DNA of 64,000 nucleotides from an uncultured Acidimicrobiaceae bacterium. GTDB taxonomy: Bacteria > Actinomycetota > Acidimicrobiia > Acidimicrobiales > Bog-793. The stretch is from contig CAVRXQ010000006.1 of NCBI GenBank assembly GCA_963725215.1, positions 2,469-66,468 on the forward strand, read 5' to 3'. Shown here one piece after another: positions 1-10,621 of this stretch. A program made the translations under genes and the position numbers. The notes below the pieces were generated by a model, which made no database searches, was not told where the DNA came from, and was given only the letters and a program-made list of their open reading frames with translations. Each line of letters begins with the position of its first letter. Within the stretch, counting starts at the first letter, position 1.

Positions 1-1
1 G

Positions 2-121
2 ATCGGGGGCGCGCTGTTGCTTCGACACGACAAAGCGGCAGCGTTCGTTTTCGTGATCGCGCTCGTCGCGATCGTGCTCGCGCTCTCTGTCTACCGGGGA
101 CGGTCGCGCGAAGAACGCTGA
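2..121 (+). CDS. 3' end of a membrane protein (partial, runs off window start)
   Basis: Open frame from position 2: IGGALLLRHDKAAAFVFVIALVAIVLALSVYRGRSREER*, a hydrophobic TM segment plus basic tail; TGA at 119-121. Confidence 0.5.
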   Translation: MGGALLLRHDKAAAFVFVIALVAIVLALSVYRGRSREER

Positions 122-143
122 GTGCGGCGCGTACGCTGATCCG

Positions 144-686
144 GTGAGACAAGCTCCGATTGCGGCCGCGGCATTGACACTCGGCGTTGGAGTTTTCGCC
201 ACTTCCGTTGGCGCCGCGAGCGCGTCGTCGAGTCCTGCTCGCATCGCTTCATGCACGGCGTCCGAAGTCGCGGTCTCGTTCAACGTGGTGCGCGGAAGCC
301 AAGGCGCCGGCCAGACGTCGTACGCCCTGCGGGTGAAGAACGTCTCCGCGGCGACGTGCCGCACGGGCGGTCTGCCACAACTCGTCTTGCGCGGAGGGCG
401 CGGTGCGAAACTGCCGACGAAGGTCGAAGTCGCCTGCGGGAACTGCGCGGCGATCGTGATCAACCTGAGGCCCGGCCTCTCGGCGTGGTCCACGGCCCGC
501 TTCTCGCCCGACGTCCCTGGTCCCGGGGAGACCGGACGACAGTGCGAGCCGACCGCCTACCACGTCGTCGTGACGACCCCGGGCTCGACGAGGGGTGTCG
601 AAGGAGCAATCCATCCGCCGACCCCGGTCTGCTCGCATGGGAGGATCCTTCTCACCTACCTCGGGACCTCGAAACCGGCGGCGTAG
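144..686 (+). CDS. Secreted DUF4232-like protein
   Basis: Signal-peptide-like N-terminus; CTASEVAV...GAGQTSYALRVKNVSAATCRTGGLPQL pattern with paired cysteines typical of actinobacterial DUF4232. Confidence 0.7.
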   Translation: MRQAPIAAAALTLGVGVFATSVGAASASSSPARIASCTASEVAVSFNVVRGSQGAGQTSYALRVKNVSAATCRTGGLPQLVLRGGRGAKLPTKVEVACGNCAAIVINLRPGLSAWSTARFSPDVPGPGETGRQCEPTAYHVVVTTPGSTRGVEGAIHPPTPVCSHGRILLTYLGTSKPAA

Positions 687-790
687 CGAGCGACAGGGAC
701 GTCGAGGGAATGTCGACCTCACCGGTAGTGTTTCGCATGAATGGTGCTCCCGTTCCGCCTATTTCCTATTTCGGGAGCGTGAGGTGAGTC

Positions 791-1978
791 GTGCCGAACT
801 TCCGTGACTTGCTAGCCGAGGTGAAGGCGCAGATCCGTGAGGTGACACCGGCGGAGGTCGCCGAGCGCGGCGAGGACCTTATCCTCGTCGACGTTCGCGA
901 GTCCGACGAGTACGCGGCCGGCGCCCTCGAAGGAGCGGTCCACTTGCCGCGCGGCATGCTCGAGCTCCAAGTAGAGGGTCGCGTCCCGGACAAGAAGCGC
1001 CCGATCGTCATCTACTGCGCCGGGGGCACCCGCTCCGCGTTCGCCGCAAAGACGCTCTTCGATCTCGGTTACCGCGACGTCGCCTCGATGGCGGGTGGCT
1101 TCAACCGCTGGAAAGACGAGGGTCGCGCGTGGTCGGTACCGAAGCTCCTCGACCCTTCTCAGCGCGAGCGCTACCACCGCCACCTCTTGCTGCCCGAGAT
1201 CGGCCTCGAGGGCCAACAAAAGCTGCTCGCGTCGCGGGTCCTCGTCCTCGGCGCAGGCGGCCTCGGCTCTCCCGCCGCGATCTACCTCGCCGCGGCGGGG
1301 GTGGGGACGATCGGCATCGTCGACATGGACGTCGTCGACGCATCGAACTTGCAGCGCCAGATCCTCCACAACTCAGACCGCATCGGCGATCGCAAGGCCG
1401 ACTCGGCGAAGCGCACGCTCACAGCTCTCAATCCCGACGTGAACGTCGTCGCCCACGACGTTCGCCTCGGCGCGGACAATGTCGTCGAGCTCTTCTCGGA
1501 CTACGACCTCATCGTCGACGGCACGGACAACTTCCCGACGCGCTATCTCGTGAACGACGCGTCGTTGCTCACCCGCGTCCCCGTCGTCCACGGTTCGATC
1601 TTCCGCTTCGAGGGCCAGGCGACGGTGTTCCACCCCTATGTCGGTCCCTGCTATCGGTGCCTGTTCCCCGAGCCGCCGCCTGCGGAACTCGCGCCGTCGT
1701 GCTCGGAGGCGGGGGTCCTCGGCGTGCTGCCCGGGATCATCGGATCGATCCAAGCCGTCGAGGCGATCAAGATGATCGTCGGCATCGGCGAACCGCTCGT
1801 CGGCAGGCTGCTCTCGTACGACGCGCTCACCGAGGACATGCGGACGTTCTCGTTCCGACGCGACTCGTCCTGCCCCTCGTGCGGCGAGGACGCGGGAGAG
1901 ATCGTGATCGCCGAGTACGACGAGTTGTGCATGCCGCATCCGAAGGTCGCGCCGGGCGCGACACGATCAACGGTCTAG
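791..1978 (+). CDS. moeB: Rhodanese-MoeB/ThiF fusion (MoeZ-like sulfur-carrier adenylyltransferase/sulfurtransferase)
   Basis: N-terminal rhodanese (DVRE, YCAGGTRS); RYHRHLLLPEIG, GAGGLG, SNLQRQ, DGTDNF, PCYRC and CPSC zinc motifs; RBS GAGGTG upstream. Confidence 0.9.
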   Translation: MPNFRDLLAEVKAQIREVTPAEVAERGEDLILVDVRESDEYAAGALEGAVHLPRGMLELQVEGRVPDKKRPIVIYCAGGTRSAFAAKTLFDLGYRDVASMAGGFNRWKDEGRAWSVPKLLDPSQRERYHRHLLLPEIGLEGQQKLLASRVLVLGAGGLGSPAAIYLAAAGVGTIGIVDMDVVDASNLQRQILHNSDRIGDRKADSAKRTLTALNPDVNVVAHDVRLGADNVVELFSDYDLIVDGTDNFPTRYLVNDASLLTRVPVVHGSIFRFEGQATVFHPYVGPCYRCLFPEPPPAELAPSCSEAGVLGVLPGIIGSIQAVEAIKMIVGIGEPLVGRLLSYDALTEDMRTFSFRRDSSCPSCGEDAGEIVIAEYDELCMPHPKVAPGATRSTV

Positions 1979-2053
1979 ACGCGCTCTTTTTTCCGCATCG
2001 GGCCGGGGAGCCGCTCGAGCCTCTCGTCTCTCAAAATATGCGCCGGCGAGGTT

Positions 2054-3232
2054 TCAGCCGCGGCGAAACGCGGTCGCGGATAGACGCCGACGCTCCTCTT
2101 CGTTGGATGCGAGATCGACGATCGTCCACGCCATCGCCTTCGCGCCATCGACGAGCGCCTTGTCGGCCGTCGGGGTGACGCAATATGCCGCGAACTCCGG
2201 TTGATGGTTGACGGCGTCTTTCGCGCCCACGTCGAGTGTTGGGTGGATCGAAGGCAAGGCGAGGGAGACGTTCGCCATGTCGGTGGAGGCGACGAGCGCG
2301 TGCTCGAGGTCGGGAGCGAAGCTCCGCCCGAGCGACAGCGCGTTCAGGCGGTACCTCTCGGCGATCGCTGCATCGGTGCGGAATTCCGAATACGTCGGCC
2401 CGCCGCGCACGAACTCCACGCTCGCTCCGGTCGCGATCGCGCCACCTTCGAAGCACGCTCTCACCCTGGGCTCCCACGACTCGAGTCCCTCCAACGAGCG
2501 GGACCGCACGTAGTAGGAGGCCTCGGTGAACCCGGGGACGATGTTGGGCGCCGCTCCGCCGACCGTGACGATCCCGTGGACCTGGTCGTCACGTTTGGCG
2601 TGCTGTCGCAACAGTCCCACGCCCACCTGGGCGATCGTCAGTGCGTCGGCGGCGTTGATTCCTAGCTCTGGGAATCCCGACGCGTGCGCCTCTTTGCCGT
2701 GGAAGCGGACGACAAGGTGTGACACCGCGCGGACGGGCATCTGGATGAGCTCGGACGGCGCGGGGTGGACCATCATCGCCGCGGAGATCCCGTCGAAGAC
2801 GCCTGCTTCGAGCATCAGGATCTTTCCGCCGCCGCCTTCTTCGGCAGGCGTGCCGAGCACGCGGACGGTGAGGTCGAGGTCGTCGGCGATTTGGGCCAGC
2901 GCGACGCCCGCGCCGACTCCCGCCGCGGCGATGACGTTGTGACCGCAGGCGTGACCGACCTGGGGGAGCGCGTCGTATTCGCAGCAGATGCCGATCACGA
3001 GGTCCCCCGAGCCCACCGACGCTGAGAACGCCGTGTTAAGCCCGCCGACGCCGAAGTCCACATCGAAGCCTGCTCGGTCGAGCTCGTCGGCGCACCAGTG
3101 CGACGCCAGCTCCTCCTCGAACCCGAGCTCGGGGTGCGCGTGGATCTCGTGCGACAGCGCGACGAGGCGATCGGCCGACGCGTCGACCGCAGACGCCGCG
3201 TGTTGCTTGTTCTCGTCGGATGCCGACGTCAC
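2054..3232 (-). CDS. M20 family amidohydrolase (AbgB/PM20D2-like)
   Basis: [31 protein letters not shown] motifs. Confidence 0.85.
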   Translation of the reverse strand: MTSASDENKQHAASAVDASADRLVALSHEIHAHPELGFEEELASHWCADELDRAGFDVDFGVGGLNTAFSASVGSGDLVIGICCEYDALPQVGHACGHNVIAAAGVGAGVALAQIADDLDLTVRVLGTPAEEGGGGKILMLEAGVFDGISAAMMVHPAPSELIQMPVRAVSHLVVRFHGKEAHASGFPELGINAADALTIAQVGVGLLRQHAKRDDQVHGIVTVGGAAPNIVPGFTEASYYVRSRSLEGLESWEPRVRACFEGGAIATGASVEFVRGGPTYSEFRTDAAIAERYRLNALSLGRSFAPDLEHALVASTDMANVSLALPSIHPTLDVGAKDAVNHQPEFAAYCVTPTADKALVDGAKAMAWTIVDLASNEEERRRLSATAFRRG

Positions 3233-4971
3233 GTCTCCTCGATCACTGCGATCAGATCGCCCGGTCCGAGCGAGTCACCACGGCCGACCCGTAAGTCCCG
3301 CACGATTCCCGCCGTCGTCGTCCGAATCGGGTTCTCCATCTTCATCGCCTCGAGCACGCAGATGACGGTGCCGGTCTCGACGGTATCGCCGACTTCGACT
3401 CGGACGTCGGTGATGATGCCTTGCATCGGGGCGGTCACCGTCCCATTTGCAGGGACCGAGGAACCGTGCGAGTGGCGGCGCCGTGCCGCCGTCGCGCGTG
3501 CGGTGCCGAGACGCTCTGGAACGAAAAGCCGGACGGAGTACCTCCGACCGTCGACTTCGGCGTCGACGGTGCGCAGGACCGTCCCATCGGGCCCGGGAGA
3601 CCCTTCCTGGAGGGCCGGTTCGATACCGGAGAGGTCGAGGCGCTCTTCGACCAAGCGCGTCGAATGTGCGCCGGCGATGAAAGTGTCGTTCAGCAAGATT
3701 GCGACGAGTGCCGGGATCGTCGTCGCGACGCCTTCAATCACCGTCTCAGACAGCGCGCGCAACATGCGACGTCTCGCATCCTCGCGATCGGTGCCCCAGG
3801 TGATGAGCTTCGCGACGAGATTGTCGTAGTCGGGACTCACCGCGTCGCCTTGTTCGTATCCTCCGTCGGTCCGCACGCCGAATCCGTCGGCTTGGCGAAA
3901 TCGCGTGATGCGGCCCGGGCTGGGCAGGAATACGCCGCCCGCTGGATCCTCGGCATTGATCCGGCATTCGATCGCGTGTCCCCGGTGCACGACGTCACCT
4001 TGGGAATAACTAAGTCGCTCACCGGCGGCGATCGCGAGCTGTGTTGCAACGAGGTCGATCCCGGTGACGAACTCAGTGACCGGATGTTCGACCTGAAGAC
4101 GGGTGTTCATCTCCAAGAAGTAGAAGCGGCCGTCTTCGTAAAGGAACTCGACTGTCCCTGCGCCCTGGTAGTCGCACGCGCGCGCGAGACGAATCGCCGC
4201 CTCGCCCATCTCTTCTCTCACCGCGTCGTCGAGTCCGACGGCCGGGGTCTCTTCGACGAGTTTTTGGTGGCGCCTCTGGCTCGAGCAATCGCGTTCGCCT
4301 AAAAAGATCGCGTTGCCGTGACGATCCGCGACGATCTGCATCTCGATGTGCCTCGGCCACGCGAGGTAGCGCTCGAGATAGACCTCGCCGCGCCCGAACG
4401 ACGACTCGGCCTCGCGCTGCGCGGACGCGAGCGTCTCTTCGATCTCATCCGGTTTCTGCACGACCTTCATGCCGCGGCCGCCGCCCCCGTACGAGGCTTT
4501 GATCGCGATGGGGAAGCCGTACTCAACGGCGAAGTCGGCAACGTCCTTCGGCGATCTCACCGCTTTGTTGCGTCCGGGCACGCCGGGAACGTCGACCTGT
4601 TCGGCCGTCGCTCGTGCGGTGATTTTCGAGCCCATCTGCTCGATCGTTTCGGGACGGGGTCCGATGAACGTCGCGCCCGCGGCTTCAACCGCGCGCGCGA
4701 AATGAGCGCTCTCGGAGAGGAATCCGTACCCGGGATGCACGGCGGCGGCACCGGAGCGGCGGATTGCGTCGACGAGCGCGGCGATGTTGAGGTACGTGTC
4801 GGCGGGGCCTCCCGGTCCTAGCGGATAAGCCTCGTCGCAGAATCGAACGTGCAGCGCATCGCGGTCGGTTTCGGAATAGACAGCCGCGGACGTGATCCCG
4901 AGCTCCCGGCACGTGCGCGCGACACGAACTGCGATCTCTGCTCTGTTCGCGATCAGCACCTTCTCGAACAC
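3229..4971 (-). CDS. accA: Acetyl/propionyl-CoA carboxylase alpha subunit (biotin carboxylase + BCCP)
   Basis: [48 protein letters not shown]-terminal EAMKM; start set at GTG 4971, 8 nt after GGAG. Confidence 0.93.
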   Translation of the reverse strand: MFEKVLIANRAEIAVRVARTCRELGITSAAVYSETDRDALHVRFCDEAYPLGPGGPADTYLNIAALVDAIRRSGAAAVHPGYGFLSESAHFARAVEAAGATFIGPRPETIEQMGSKITARATAEQVDVPGVPGRNKAVRSPKDVADFAVEYGFPIAIKASYGGGGRGMKVVQKPDEIEETLASAQREAESSFGRGEVYLERYLAWPRHIEMQIVADRHGNAIFLGERDCSSQRRHQKLVEETPAVGLDDAVREEMGEAAIRLARACDYQGAGTVEFLYEDGRFYFLEMNTRLQVEHPVTEFVTGIDLVATQLAIAAGERLSYSQGDVVHRGHAIECRINAEDPAGGVFLPSPGRITRFRQADGFGVRTDGGYEQGDAVSPDYDNLVAKLITWGTDREDARRRMLRALSETVIEGVATTIPALVAILLNDTFIAGAHSTRLVEERLDLSGIEPALQEGSPGPDGTVLRTVDAEVDGRRYSVRLFVPERLGTARATAARRRHSHGSSVPANGTVTAPMQGIITDVRVEVGDTVETGTVICVLEAMKMENPIRTTTAGIVRDLRVGRGDSLGPGDLIAVIEET

Positions 4972-5073
4972 GCGCCGCACTCCGTCGTATCGTTGCTACG
5001 TGCAGGCTTGCCGACACCCGACCAAGGCGTCGCGACCCGCGCAATCCCAGGCGGGCAGGCTACTTCGCGTCTC

Positions 5074-5838
5074 ATGACGTTCTCGACTGTTCTGCGCTTC
5101 GACGTCATCGACTCGACGAATCAGTACGCCGTAGAACAAGCACTTGATGGCGCGCAAGAGGGGCTCGTCGTCGTCGCCGACGAACAGCGCTCCGGCAAAG
5201 GACGACTTGGAAGGACCTGGGTCGCGAACAAGGGCGAGGCGCTGCTCTGCTCGCTGCTTTTTCGGCCACTTCTCGATCCCAGCGAGACGTTCGTCATCCC
5301 GATGCTCGTCTCACTCGCGGCATCGGATGCGGCGGGCGAACTCAGTCACGCATCGATCGGTTGCAAGTGGCCGAACGATCTTGTCTTCGCCGAACGGAAA
5401 CTCGGGGGCGTGCTTGCCGAGTTCGTCGACGCTGGCGCAGCTTTGCGACCAGCCGTCGTCGTCGGTCTCGGAGTGAACCTCGCCTGGCCGGAAGAATCAG
5501 CCGGGCGAGCGCGTCTCGAAGACGCGGCGGTCGAGCCGATCGGACTCGCCGAGATCGCTGGGCGTCCGATCGCTCGAGACGAGCTGCTCTCCGCGTTTCT
5601 GTCGCGAGTTGACGAGCGACAGCCCGCACTTGGTGACGAGATGACGCGCGCAGCGACGGTGGACGAGTACTCCCGGAGATGCGAGACAATCGGTCGCCTC
5701 GTCCAGATCACGACGTCGACAAAGTCGTTCTCCGGTCGTGCCATCGCGCTAACCGACGATGGTCGACTGGTCGTGGAGCACGACGGAAAGAGCTACCGAC
5801 TCGAAGCGGCTGACGTCATCCACCTGCGCGAAGCCTGA
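5074..5838 (+). CDS. birA: Biotin-[acetyl-CoA-carboxylase] ligase without N-terminal HTH
   Basis: DSTN, QRSGKGRLGRTW, KWPND, KLGGVL, GLGVN; start trimmed to ATG 5074; divergent from carboxylase. Confidence 0.9.
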   Translation: MTFSTVLRFDVIDSTNQYAVEQALDGAQEGLVVVADEQRSGKGRLGRTWVANKGEALLCSLLFRPLLDPSETFVIPMLVSLAASDAAGELSHASIGCKWPNDLVFAERKLGGVLAEFVDAGAALRPAVVVGLGVNLAWPEESAGRARLEDAAVEPIGLAEIAGRPIARDELLSAFLSRVDERQPALGDEMTRAATVDEYSRRCETIGRLVQITTSTKSFSGRAIALTDDGRLVVEHDGKSYRLEAADVIHLREA

Positions 5839-5884
5839 TGCGGCAGGTCGCGCGGTAGGGAGATACATCATTACCCTTGGGTTG

Positions 5885-6931
5885 ATGAGACTCCTGGTCA
5901 CCGGTGGTGCCGGCTTCATCGGCTCGAACTTCGTCCGTTACGTCACCCGGACTCGTCCGGACGATCACGTCGTCGTGCTCGACGCGCTCACGTACGCGGG
6001 AACGAGAACGAGCCTCGAGCCTCTCGAGGAGAGCGCGGGGGTCAAGTTCATCCACGGCGACATCGGGGACTCCGGACTCGTGGAGTCGATCCTTGCGAAA
6101 GAGGAGATCACAACGGTGGTCAACTTCGCTGCCGAGTCCCACAACAGCCTGGCCGTGTTGGATCCGGCTCGGTTTTTCCGAACGAACGTGCTTGGAACCC
6201 AGCAGCTGTGCGAAGCCGCGCGCCGAGTTGGAGTGGAACGCTTCCATCACATTTCCACCTGCGAGGTCTACGGCGACCTCGCGCTCGATAGCCCCGAGTC
6301 GTTCTCCGAAGAGTCGCCGTACCGACCGCGAACTCCGTACAACGCGTCGAAGGCCGGCTCTGACCACGTCGTCCGCTCGTACGGCGAGACGTTCGAACTG
6401 CCGATCACGATCACGAACTGCTGCAACAACTACGGGCCGTATCAGTTTCCGGAAAAAGTGATCCCGCTGTTCATCACCCGCGCGCTCGCCACAGAGCCGT
6501 TGCCTTTGTACAAGTCGGTCGAGAACCGTCGCGAGTGGCTGCACGTCGACGATCACTGCGCGGCGATCGACGCCGTGATCACCCGCGGCCGCGTCGGTGA
6601 GACCTACAACGTCGGGTCGGGATTCGAGGCTTCGATCGAGCAGGTCGCCGACGCCGTCCTCGCCGCTGTGGGCGCGCCGCAATCATTGAAGACGATCGTC
6701 CCCGATCGGCCCGGACACGACCGTCGATATCTGCTCGACTCGACGAAGATCCGTGACGAGCTCGGCTGGCAAGCCGCGACGCCGTTCGGGGTCGGGCTCA
6801 AAGAGACCGTCTCGTGGTACCGGGATAACAAGACGTGGTGGCGCCCGCTCATCGGACGCTCTCCGGTCGTGGAGGGAACCTGGGGCGACGCCTCGCCGGC
6901 CGCGTCGGCGGCGGGTCAAGCGCAGGTCTGA
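5885..6931 (+). CDS. rfbB: dTDP-glucose 4,6-dehydratase-like SDR with variant STCEVYG motif
   Basis: LVTGGAGFIGSNF, DALTYAG, FAAESH, YNASK, NNYGPYQFPEKVIP, REWLHVDDH, DRPGHDRRY; start trimmed to ATG 5885. Confidence 0.88.
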   Translation: MRLLVTGGAGFIGSNFVRYVTRTRPDDHVVVLDALTYAGTRTSLEPLEESAGVKFIHGDIGDSGLVESILAKEEITTVVNFAAESHNSLAVLDPARFFRTNVLGTQQLCEAARRVGVERFHHISTCEVYGDLALDSPESFSEESPYRPRTPYNASKAGSDHVVRSYGETFELPITITNCCNNYGPYQFPEKVIPLFITRALATEPLPLYKSVENRREWLHVDDHCAAIDAVITRGRVGETYNVGSGFEASIEQVADAVLAAVGAPQSLKTIVPDRPGHDRRYLLDSTKIRDELGWQAATPFGVGLKETVSWYRDNKTWWRPLIGRSPVVEGTWGDASPAASAAGQAQV

Positions 6932-6936
6932 GCGCG

Positions 6937-7806
6937 GTGCGCGTCCTCGTCACGGGGGCGAACGGCCAGGTCGGCTCCGAAGTCGTCGCGGAGATCGAAC
7001 GCCGGAACGCCGCTTCGGCCAAAGGCCCTCCGATCGAGGTCCTCGCCGCCGGTCATCGCGAGCTCGATGTCGCACGACGCGATCAAGTGATGGAGGCGTT
7101 GTTCGCGTTCTCGCCCGACGTCGTCGTTCACCTCGCGGCGTTCACCGCAGTCGACCGATGCGAAATTGAGCGCGACCTCGCGTTCGCTGTGAACGCCCTC
7201 GGCACTCGAAACGTCGTCGACGCGGCGCGCGCTTGCCAGGCACGCGTCGTCTACGTCTCGAGCGATTACGTCTTCGACGGTGAATCCGACCGCCCCTACA
7301 ACGAGTGGGACGAGACGCACCCGGTATCTGTCTACGGAGCCTCCAAGTTGGCCGGCGAGGACGAGCTCGGTTCGGGCGATCTCATCGTCCGAACGTCTTG
7401 GCTCGTGGGACGGGTCGGCGCGAACTTCGCGAAGACCGTCATTCGGATGTCCCAGGAAAAAAAGCCGCTGCGAGTCGTTGACGACCAGCACGGTTGCCCG
7501 ACGATCGCGAGCGACCTCGCGCCGGTGCTCCTCACGTTGGCATTCGAAGGTTGGCGAGGGTGTGTGCACGTGACGAACCAAGGACCGACGACGTGGTTCG
7601 AGTTCGCACGCGAAGTTGTCGGGCTCGCCGGAGGGGACCCGAGCGCCGTCGAGGCGATAACGACGGCGCAACTCGATCCGCCACGGGAAGCGGTTCGACC
7701 GATGAACTCTGTTCTTGATAACGCGGTGCTTCGCATGTCAGGGGTCGAGCTGTTGCCCGACTGGCGCGAGAGCGTGGGCAAGCTCGTCGCTGACCTCGGC
7801 GCGTGA
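6937..7806 (+). CDS. rfbD: dTDP-4-dehydrorhamnose reductase
   Basis: LVTGANGQVG, AAFTAVDRCE, SSDYVFDG, YGASKLAGE, VDDQHGCPT; start trimmed to GTG 6937. Confidence 0.92.
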   Translation: MRVLVTGANGQVGSEVVAEIERRNAASAKGPPIEVLAAGHRELDVARRDQVMEALFAFSPDVVVHLAAFTAVDRCEIERDLAFAVNALGTRNVVDAARACQARVVYVSSDYVFDGESDRPYNEWDETHPVSVYGASKLAGEDELGSGDLIVRTSWLVGRVGANFAKTVIRMSQEKKPLRVVDDQHGCPTIASDLAPVLLTLAFEGWRGCVHVTNQGPTTWFEFAREVVGLAGGDPSAVEAITTAQLDPPREAVRPMNSVLDNAVLRMSGVELLPDWRESVGKLVADLGA

Positions 7807-8705
7807 TCGAGGAGACGTCGTCGGGCGCCGAAAGCTCTCTTCCCGTCGACGCCGTCGTCGTTAACTTCAACGCCGGGCGGTCGCTCACTGACGCCGTTCG
7901 CGCGCTGAGTGAATCGCGAGTGCGCCGGGTCGTCATCGTCGACAACGCCTCCACCGACGACTCGCTCGACCGATTCGCCGCCGCTGATCTGAGAGCCGAG
8001 GTGGTCCGAGAACGCGTGAACCTCGGTTATGGAACAGCCGCGAACCGCGGGGTGGCGGCTTGCGACTCGGCGTTCGTGCTCGTCATGAATCCGGACGTCA
8101 ACGTGGCGCCGGACGCGCTCGAGATCCTCGTGTCGACGCTCGATCGATCAGACGACGTCGGTGCCGTTGGGCCGCGGATCGTCGATGTGAGCGGCGCGAC
8201 GTACCCCTCGGCGCGTCGCTTTCCGAGCTTCGGCGTCGGCGCGGCGCACGCGTTGATCGGTCTTTTTTGGCCGCATAACCAGTGGTCGCAGAGCTACCGC
8301 GCCGAGGTGCGCGGAGACGCGCAACTCGGCGAGAGAGATGCCGATTGGGTGTCGGGGGCGTGCGTGCTGATCCGCAAAGTCGCCTTCGACAGCGTCGGCG
8401 GCTTCGACGAGGGGTACTTCATGTATGTCGAAGATCTCGACTTGTGCTGGAGGATTCATCGGGCGGGATGGCGAATTCGCTACGAGCCCGAAGCGGTCGC
8501 GACCCACGTGCAAGGACTGTCGACTCGGACCGAGCCGTACAAGATGCTGATCGCCCACCACCGCTCGACGTGGCGCTTCGCGACAAAGACGATGACGGGG
8601 ACGAGGCGACCCCTCCTCGCGCTCGTCGGCGTTGGGCTTCTCGCAAGAGCTCTTGTTGCCCTCGCCAAGCTGGCGCTGGAGGAAGGTCTTCGGCGAGGTC
8701 GCTGA
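7803..8705 (+). CDS. GT2 glycosyltransferase, WbbL-like rhamnosyltransferase
   Basis: VVVNFN, VDNASTD, NLGYGTAANRG, NPD, DWVSGAC, GFDEGYFMYVEDLDLC; coupled to rfbD by GTGA overlap. Confidence 0.85.
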   Translation: MIEETSSGAESSLPVDAVVVNFNAGRSLTDAVRALSESRVRRVVIVDNASTDDSLDRFAAADLRAEVVRERVNLGYGTAANRGVAACDSAFVLVMNPDVNVAPDALEILVSTLDRSDDVGAVGPRIVDVSGATYPSARRFPSFGVGAAHALIGLFWPHNQWSQSYRAEVRGDAQLGERDADWVSGACVLIRKVAFDSVGGFDEGYFMYVEDLDLCWRIHRAGWRIRYEPEAVATHVQGLSTRTEPYKMLIAHHRSTWRFATKTMTGTRRPLLALVGVGLLARALVALAKLALEEGLRRGR

Positions 8706-8821
8706 CGCGGGGCGGGTTGGCGTCCCGAGCCGTTACCCGAGCGTGTCGATGGATTCGAGGTGTCTGCCAAGCCTCGCGACGGCGGGGACCCCAAAGAACC
8801 CATGAGTAAACTTCCGAAACC

Positions 8822-9517
8822 ATGGCGAGGGGTTCTTTTGGGCGTACCGTCGCGCGCGCGGCGTCAAGTGGCGGCAGCCGCAGCTATCGGGCCCGACCGC
8901 CGGTGCTGTGGTACCTCCTCATGGCCGTCATCATCGTCGGCGGAATCGGCCTAGTCGTGTACAGCCGTTACGAGGCTGAGCACCCCGCTTCCGCGACCGT
9001 CGGTCCCACTCGCAGCGACAACTGGCAGGCGGCGTTGGGCATCGACATTTGCGGGACGATCGAGCCCAACTTGCCGGTGAGCTCGAACCTTTCGACGTCC
9101 GGACTTCGGACCTACGGCAACGGCCTGATCGACGCGGCCCCTGCTGTGTCGTCGACGCCAAGCGCGTTCGAAGGCGCGAAGGCGACACTCGGACTGTTCG
9201 CCAAGAAATACTCGGGCTTCACGCTCACTTCGACAGAGATCGGCTACCCCGGAAAGAACGAGAAGATCTACAAAAACGGCGACACCTGCGCCGGCAAGCT
9301 GACGGGCAAGGGCACGCTCGTCGCTCGGGTTTGGTCGTCCCCGGGCGCGACGAGATCGACTCTCGTGACCGATCCGACGACGATCCACATCACGAACGGC
9401 GAGATGATCACCGTTGCGTTTGTCCCCTCGGGCGCGACGATCCCGCAGCCCGCATCGAAGTCCGCCCTCGTCTCGCAGATTGGCACCTCGAACTCAGGCA
9501 AGTCGAAGCACAAATAG
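8822..9517 (+). CDS. Membrane-anchored extracytoplasmic hypothetical protein
   Basis: Basic N-terminus, one TM helix (VLWYLLMAVIIVGGIGLVVY), S/T/G-rich domain with two Cys; lies in the gap between the GT2 and NDP-sugar synthase genes. Confidence 0.75.
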   Translation: MARGSFGRTVARAASSGGSRSYRARPPVLWYLLMAVIIVGGIGLVVYSRYEAEHPASATVGPTRSDNWQAALGIDICGTIEPNLPVSSNLSTSGLRTYGNGLIDAAPAVSSTPSAFEGAKATLGLFAKKYSGFTLTSTEIGYPGKNEKIYKNGDTCAGKLTGKGTLVARVWSSPGATRSTLVTDPTTIHITNGEMITVAFVPSGATIPQPASKSALVSQIGTSNSGKSKHK

Positions 9518-9538
9518 GAAAGGGCGAGGCGCGGGTTC

Positions 9539-10615
9539 ATGCAGGCGGTGGTGCTCGTTGGTGGAGAAGGGACCCGACTTCGCCCGCTCACCTACGACAT
9601 CCCAAAGCCGATGCTGCCGATCGTCGGCCGCCCGATCATCGCGAGGGTGGTCGAATGGCTTGCGCTCCACGACGTCACCCGCGCCGTGCTCGCCCTCGGG
9701 TACCGTCCGGATCCATTTTTGGAGGCCTTCCCCGAATCGAGTTGGGAGGGCGTCGAGCTTCTCTACTCGACCGAGCCGGCTCCGCTCGACACCGCGGGCG
9801 CGATCGCTTACGCCGCGGACTTCGCGGGGATGTCGGCCGAACGCATCGTCGTCTTGAACGGTGATGTGCTCACCGACCTCGACCTCTCCAAACTCGTCGC
9901 GTATCACGAAGAACGTGGAGGCGCGACGTCGATCGCCCTCACGCCGGTCGACGACCCGTCTCCGTATGGTGTGGTGGCGATCGATTACGACGGCCGCATC
10001 ACGAAGTTCGTCGAGAAGCCGCGGCCCGGCACCGAACCGTCGCACCTCATCAACGCGGGAACCTATGTCATGGAGCCCGAGGCGATCGCGATGATCGAAC
10101 GAGGCCGTCCGGTGTCGATAGAACGCGAGATCCTCCCCGAGCTCGCGACACGTGGCGCGCTGTACGCGCTCGACTCCGACGCCTATTGGATCGACACGGG
10201 GACCCCGGCCCGCTACATCTCGGCGCAGCTCGACGTCGTCGCCGGCATGCGACCGAATGTGATCCTGCCCGAGTCCAAAGAACGCGCTCCTGGGGTGCTC
10301 GAGGGAACGGGCGCGTCGATTTACGGCGACGTTCGTGCGAACTCGTTCGTCGGCTCGCACGCGACGATCGAGTCGGGTGCCCTCGTAGAGAATGCAATCA
10401 TCTCCGCTGCCGTGCGGGTCGCTGAGGGAGCGGTGGTGCGAAATTCTGTGCTGCTTCGCGACGCGATCGTCGAGCGCGGCGTGAAGATCGATGACACGAT
10501 CGTCGGCCCGCACAGTGTGATCGGAGCGAGCGCAACGGTCATGGGCTGTGTCGTCGGCGCGAACCACACCGTCGAGGAGGGGGCCGTGCTGATCGACGAA
10601 CGCTGTCCTGACTGA
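9539..10615 (+). CDS. NDP-sugar synthase (mannose-1-phosphate guanylyltransferase-like)
   Basis: VLVGGEGTRLRPLT, PKPML, PLDTAGA, LNGDV, FVEKP, INAGTY, WIDTGTP, C-terminal left-handed beta-helix repeats. Confidence 0.9.
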   Translation: MQAVVLVGGEGTRLRPLTYDIPKPMLPIVGRPIIARVVEWLALHDVTRAVLALGYRPDPFLEAFPESSWEGVELLYSTEPAPLDTAGAIAYAADFAGMSAERIVVLNGDVLTDLDLSKLVAYHEERGGATSIALTPVDDPSPYGVVAIDYDGRITKFVEKPRPGTEPSHLINAGTYVMEPEAIAMIERGRPVSIEREILPELATRGALYALDSDAYWIDTGTPARYISAQLDVVAGMRPNVILPESKERAPGVLEGTGASIYGDVRANSFVGSHATIESGALVENAIISAAVRVAEGAVVRNSVLLRDAIVERGVKIDDTIVGPHSVIGASATVMGCVVGANHTVEEGAVLIDERCPD

Positions 10616-10621
10616 GCGCGC

